Made by a program: the position numbers and the translations under genes
Source of the DNA: Amoebophrya sp. A120
Taxonomy: Eukaryota > Protista > Dinoflagellata
Assembly (NCBI GenBank): GCA_905178155.1
Contig: CAJINV010000004.1
Span: 5,930,828-5,994,827, forward strand
Length of the DNA: 64,000 nt
Direction: 5' to 3'
The notes under the pieces: model-generated
Seen by the model: the letters and a program-made list of their open reading frames with translations, nothing else
Databases searched by the model: none
What the model was told of the DNA's origin: nothing
Shown here: piece after piece, positions 61,901 through 64,000 of the stretch
Numbering within the stretch: the stretch's first letter is position 1
Layout of the letters: each line of letters starts with the position of its first letter

Positions 61901-64000
61901 AAGAGTACGATCTTTCTTTTATTTGATTCTCGACGTCAAACTGTATTTGGAAGTCGCACAAGAACGGCGCCACCAACGCCGGATGTTCGTGTTCCGTGTT
62001 GGCTATATAAGTACGTCATCTACCTATTCTTGTTCTCAATACGACCTCTTGAAACTAAGTATGAAACGGAAATCTTCCAAAAGAGGGATTGATTCTAGTA
62101 GGTACGCCGCCAGCGTTTTCTCAAAGGCCTGGAAATGTTCGTTGCCCACTGCGAGTTTCGGGAAGCTGGAGGAGACCTTGTCGACCTGCCAGCTGGTGTT
62201 TTGTTTCATTTTTGCGATTATGCAATGCAAAAGTATAATTGTATCGTACTAGTATGAATTGCATGACAAATCTTTCATAGAAGAAAAATGAAATTTGTCA
62301 TGCAGTTTCAGGTAAGAAAGCAGATCTGTAATGCTAGACTCGCATTAATACGAGTACGATACTTTTTTATTTGCAACGCATAGCGATGTCCACACCGGTT
62401 TTGTCCAGCGAAACCGCCAGAGGATCCAGAATCGCTTTCTCCAAGGACTTATCAAGTGCAAATATGTCTGAGTCTGGAAGAATCAAGGCTTGTCATGCTT
62501 GTCTGGCATGACCTATGATGCTTGTAATGCATGAGCCAGCATCACAGATTTTTGGAAGGCTTCCTGATGCCATTTCCGCATGACATCAAATGCCCTCCTC
62601 GCGTAGCACAAATGTGGCTCCTCTTGATGGTCATGCAATACAGATTTCTTTAGAGTCCAAAGTTAGCATCACAAGTTCCAACTTTCCAGACCCAGACATT
62701 TTTGCACTTGATACGACTTCTCGAACGCGGGCAGGCCGTCGAGGTTGCTGGAGATGTCGAACATCTGTTGCCCGCCTGCACCGTTCGCTGCTTGGTTGTT
62801 GTGCGAGTTCAAAAGGAGTTCCGCGGCCTGGAACCGGCAGGGGTGGTCCGGCACCTCCAAAATGCGGGTCAAATTCGCACTGATCTGCTGGAGGTTGCGC
62901 ATACTCAGGTTCGCTTTCTGCAGGAGCCAGAGCCCGTATTTCGCAAACCGGGGATCGATTAAGAGGGTGGAAACCTAAATTGAAAATCCGATTTGTTTGT
63001 CGACGAACAAGGTCTTTAAGGCTGTGCGTACATCAAAACATCATCGCATACAAAACGCTCACTTCAAAGATAGAGGCCGACAAGTAAGTCAACGAGGCTT
63101 CTAATTCTATTCCCAAGCAATACATACGGATACGCTAACGCTAACGGACGCAAGAACGAAGTGGAAGTTAAATAAAGCATGAAAATGCTGAGGCTCCTCG
63201 CGTCTGTCAAAAATCACTGATTGTATAAATAGTACCCTCCCAAGGCTGGTTTGGTGCGTGCAGAGCGCCGCGGTTAACTTGAGCAAATTTGGGTCGTGGA
63301 GCTGCTCGCCGCCGGTAGTAGTACTCAAACCCGTCGCTTCGGCCCACACCTCTTCCGTCTTCGCCAGCAGTTCGATCGCGCGACTAGCCTCGCAGGCCCC
63401 GGAAATAATTGCGTTGCCCGATAGGATGCAGGCCACAATCTGCGTGTTGCGGTCCGGGGAGCTGAACAGTGCGACGACGAGCCCGAGGCCGGACTCGGAG
63501 AACAGAAACTGCTTCAAGTCGTCCTCCAACGCGAACCAGAAGAGCTTGGCCAGCAGCTCATGCACCACCGCCGGTCTCTGGGGATGGAGCAATTGCAGGA
63601 TGACCTCCCGGGCCTCGATATCCTAACCAAAAACGTCCCCACCGCAGAGTTGTCATGCAGATTTCCATCTACAGAAACATTTGTAATGCGGGTACCCATC
63701 ATGAGAGGTATTTCCATTCGTGTTTTGGAATTTGTAATGCTGGAAACAGGATGAGCAGATGGATTTGTGATGCGTTTGTCCTTACTAACCTGCACTACGC
63801 TACGCACTGCAACCTGTCATGCGTGGCCCCCAAAACGTCTAGATTTGTGTTGCTAAGTGCCCAACTTGACTATGGGGCGGGCACGTTTTTACACAGGATA
63901 CTCGATTAGCGTCGCGGTCATGATCCGGGGAAATTGGTCGCTATGCATTGCAAAAGTATCGCACTAGTATAAATCGCAACACAAATTGGCTCAGCATTAC
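58910..64000 (-). CDS. Partial multi-exon protein: helical (ARM-like) region, then coiled-coil and low-complexity C-terminus
   Basis: Exons such as SGLGLVVALFSSPDRNTQIVACILSGN and QELTQSLQAKQKQIQDLERGLQQL; stop at 58910 (DEFFE*); 7 introners plus canonical introns; 5' end outside the window. Confidence 0.65.
60100..60325. mobile_element. Introner, family D
   Basis: Homologous to 13939-14157; TSD agctc. Confidence 0.92.
61130..61382. mobile_element. Introner, family G
   Basis: Family G TIRs; TSD cacgt. Confidence 0.92.
61562..61728. mobile_element. Introner, family I
   Basis: TSD ctccg; homologous to 37499-37666. Confidence 0.9.
62219..62382. mobile_element. Introner, family A
   Basis: Family A TIRs; TSD gcgat. 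Confidence 0.88.
62450..62713. mobile_element. Introner, family G
   Basis: tatcaagtgcaaa/tttgcacttgata; TSD ggact/cgact. Confidence 0.9.
63619..63900. mobile_element. Introner, family F
   Basis: 282 bp, same length as its homologue 15668-15949; TSD ctcga. Confidence 0.9.
63942..64000. mobile_element. Introner, family A (truncated by the window end)
   Basis: tatgcattgcaaaagtatcgcactagta. Confidence 0.8.

Noticed and set aside
5987-63909. Recurrent peptides such as ILCKSIVLV, YQMQKCLGLE and MQKYRT as a repeated protein domain
   Set aside because: They are read-through translations of introner TIRs at exon edges.
1-64000. Autonomous transposase, rRNA/tRNA genes, dinoflagellate spliced-leader copy
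   Set aside because: By eye I found no DDE/YR/RT ORF, no RNA gene signature and no CCGTAGCCATTTTGGCTCAAG; a profile search is needed to exclude them.

Overview
Eukaryotic, gene-dense DNA. All recognisable genes lie on the - strand. The architecture matches the parasitic dinoflagellate Amoebophrya (Syndiniales); this is an inference from the intron type, not a database hit. The coding regions are interrupted by about 49 short elements (mostly ~100-330 bp) from at least 9 sequence families. Intact copies share one design: TAT...ATA termini, imperfect terminal inverted repeats (TIRs), a 5-bp target-site duplication (TSD) and repeated internal TTTGT(A/C/G)ATGC motifs. At the junctions I translated by hand, removing the element plus one TSD restores the reading frame, so they behave as non-canonical introner introns. 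Reconstructed genes: a ~21-kb RBR E3 ligase + ankyrin-repeat gene (2332-23506), a Cys-rich probably secreted protein (24863-33173), a coiled-coil protein (33719-39952), a ~3300-aa EF-hand protein (41466-52537), an intronless ABHD11/YbfF-type hydrolase (56308-57936), a partial helical-repeat/coiled-coil gene (58910->64000) and a partial gene at the left edge. The most striking structure is a 2.8-kb gag-only element with A1-ORF-B1A2-B2 split direct repeats (Ngaro/PAT-like tyrosine-recombinase retrotransposon layout), nested inside an introner inside the RBR gene. An intergenic composite of 97-bp and 88-bp satellites with inverted flanks and duplicated hairpins lies at 53.3-56.1 kb.
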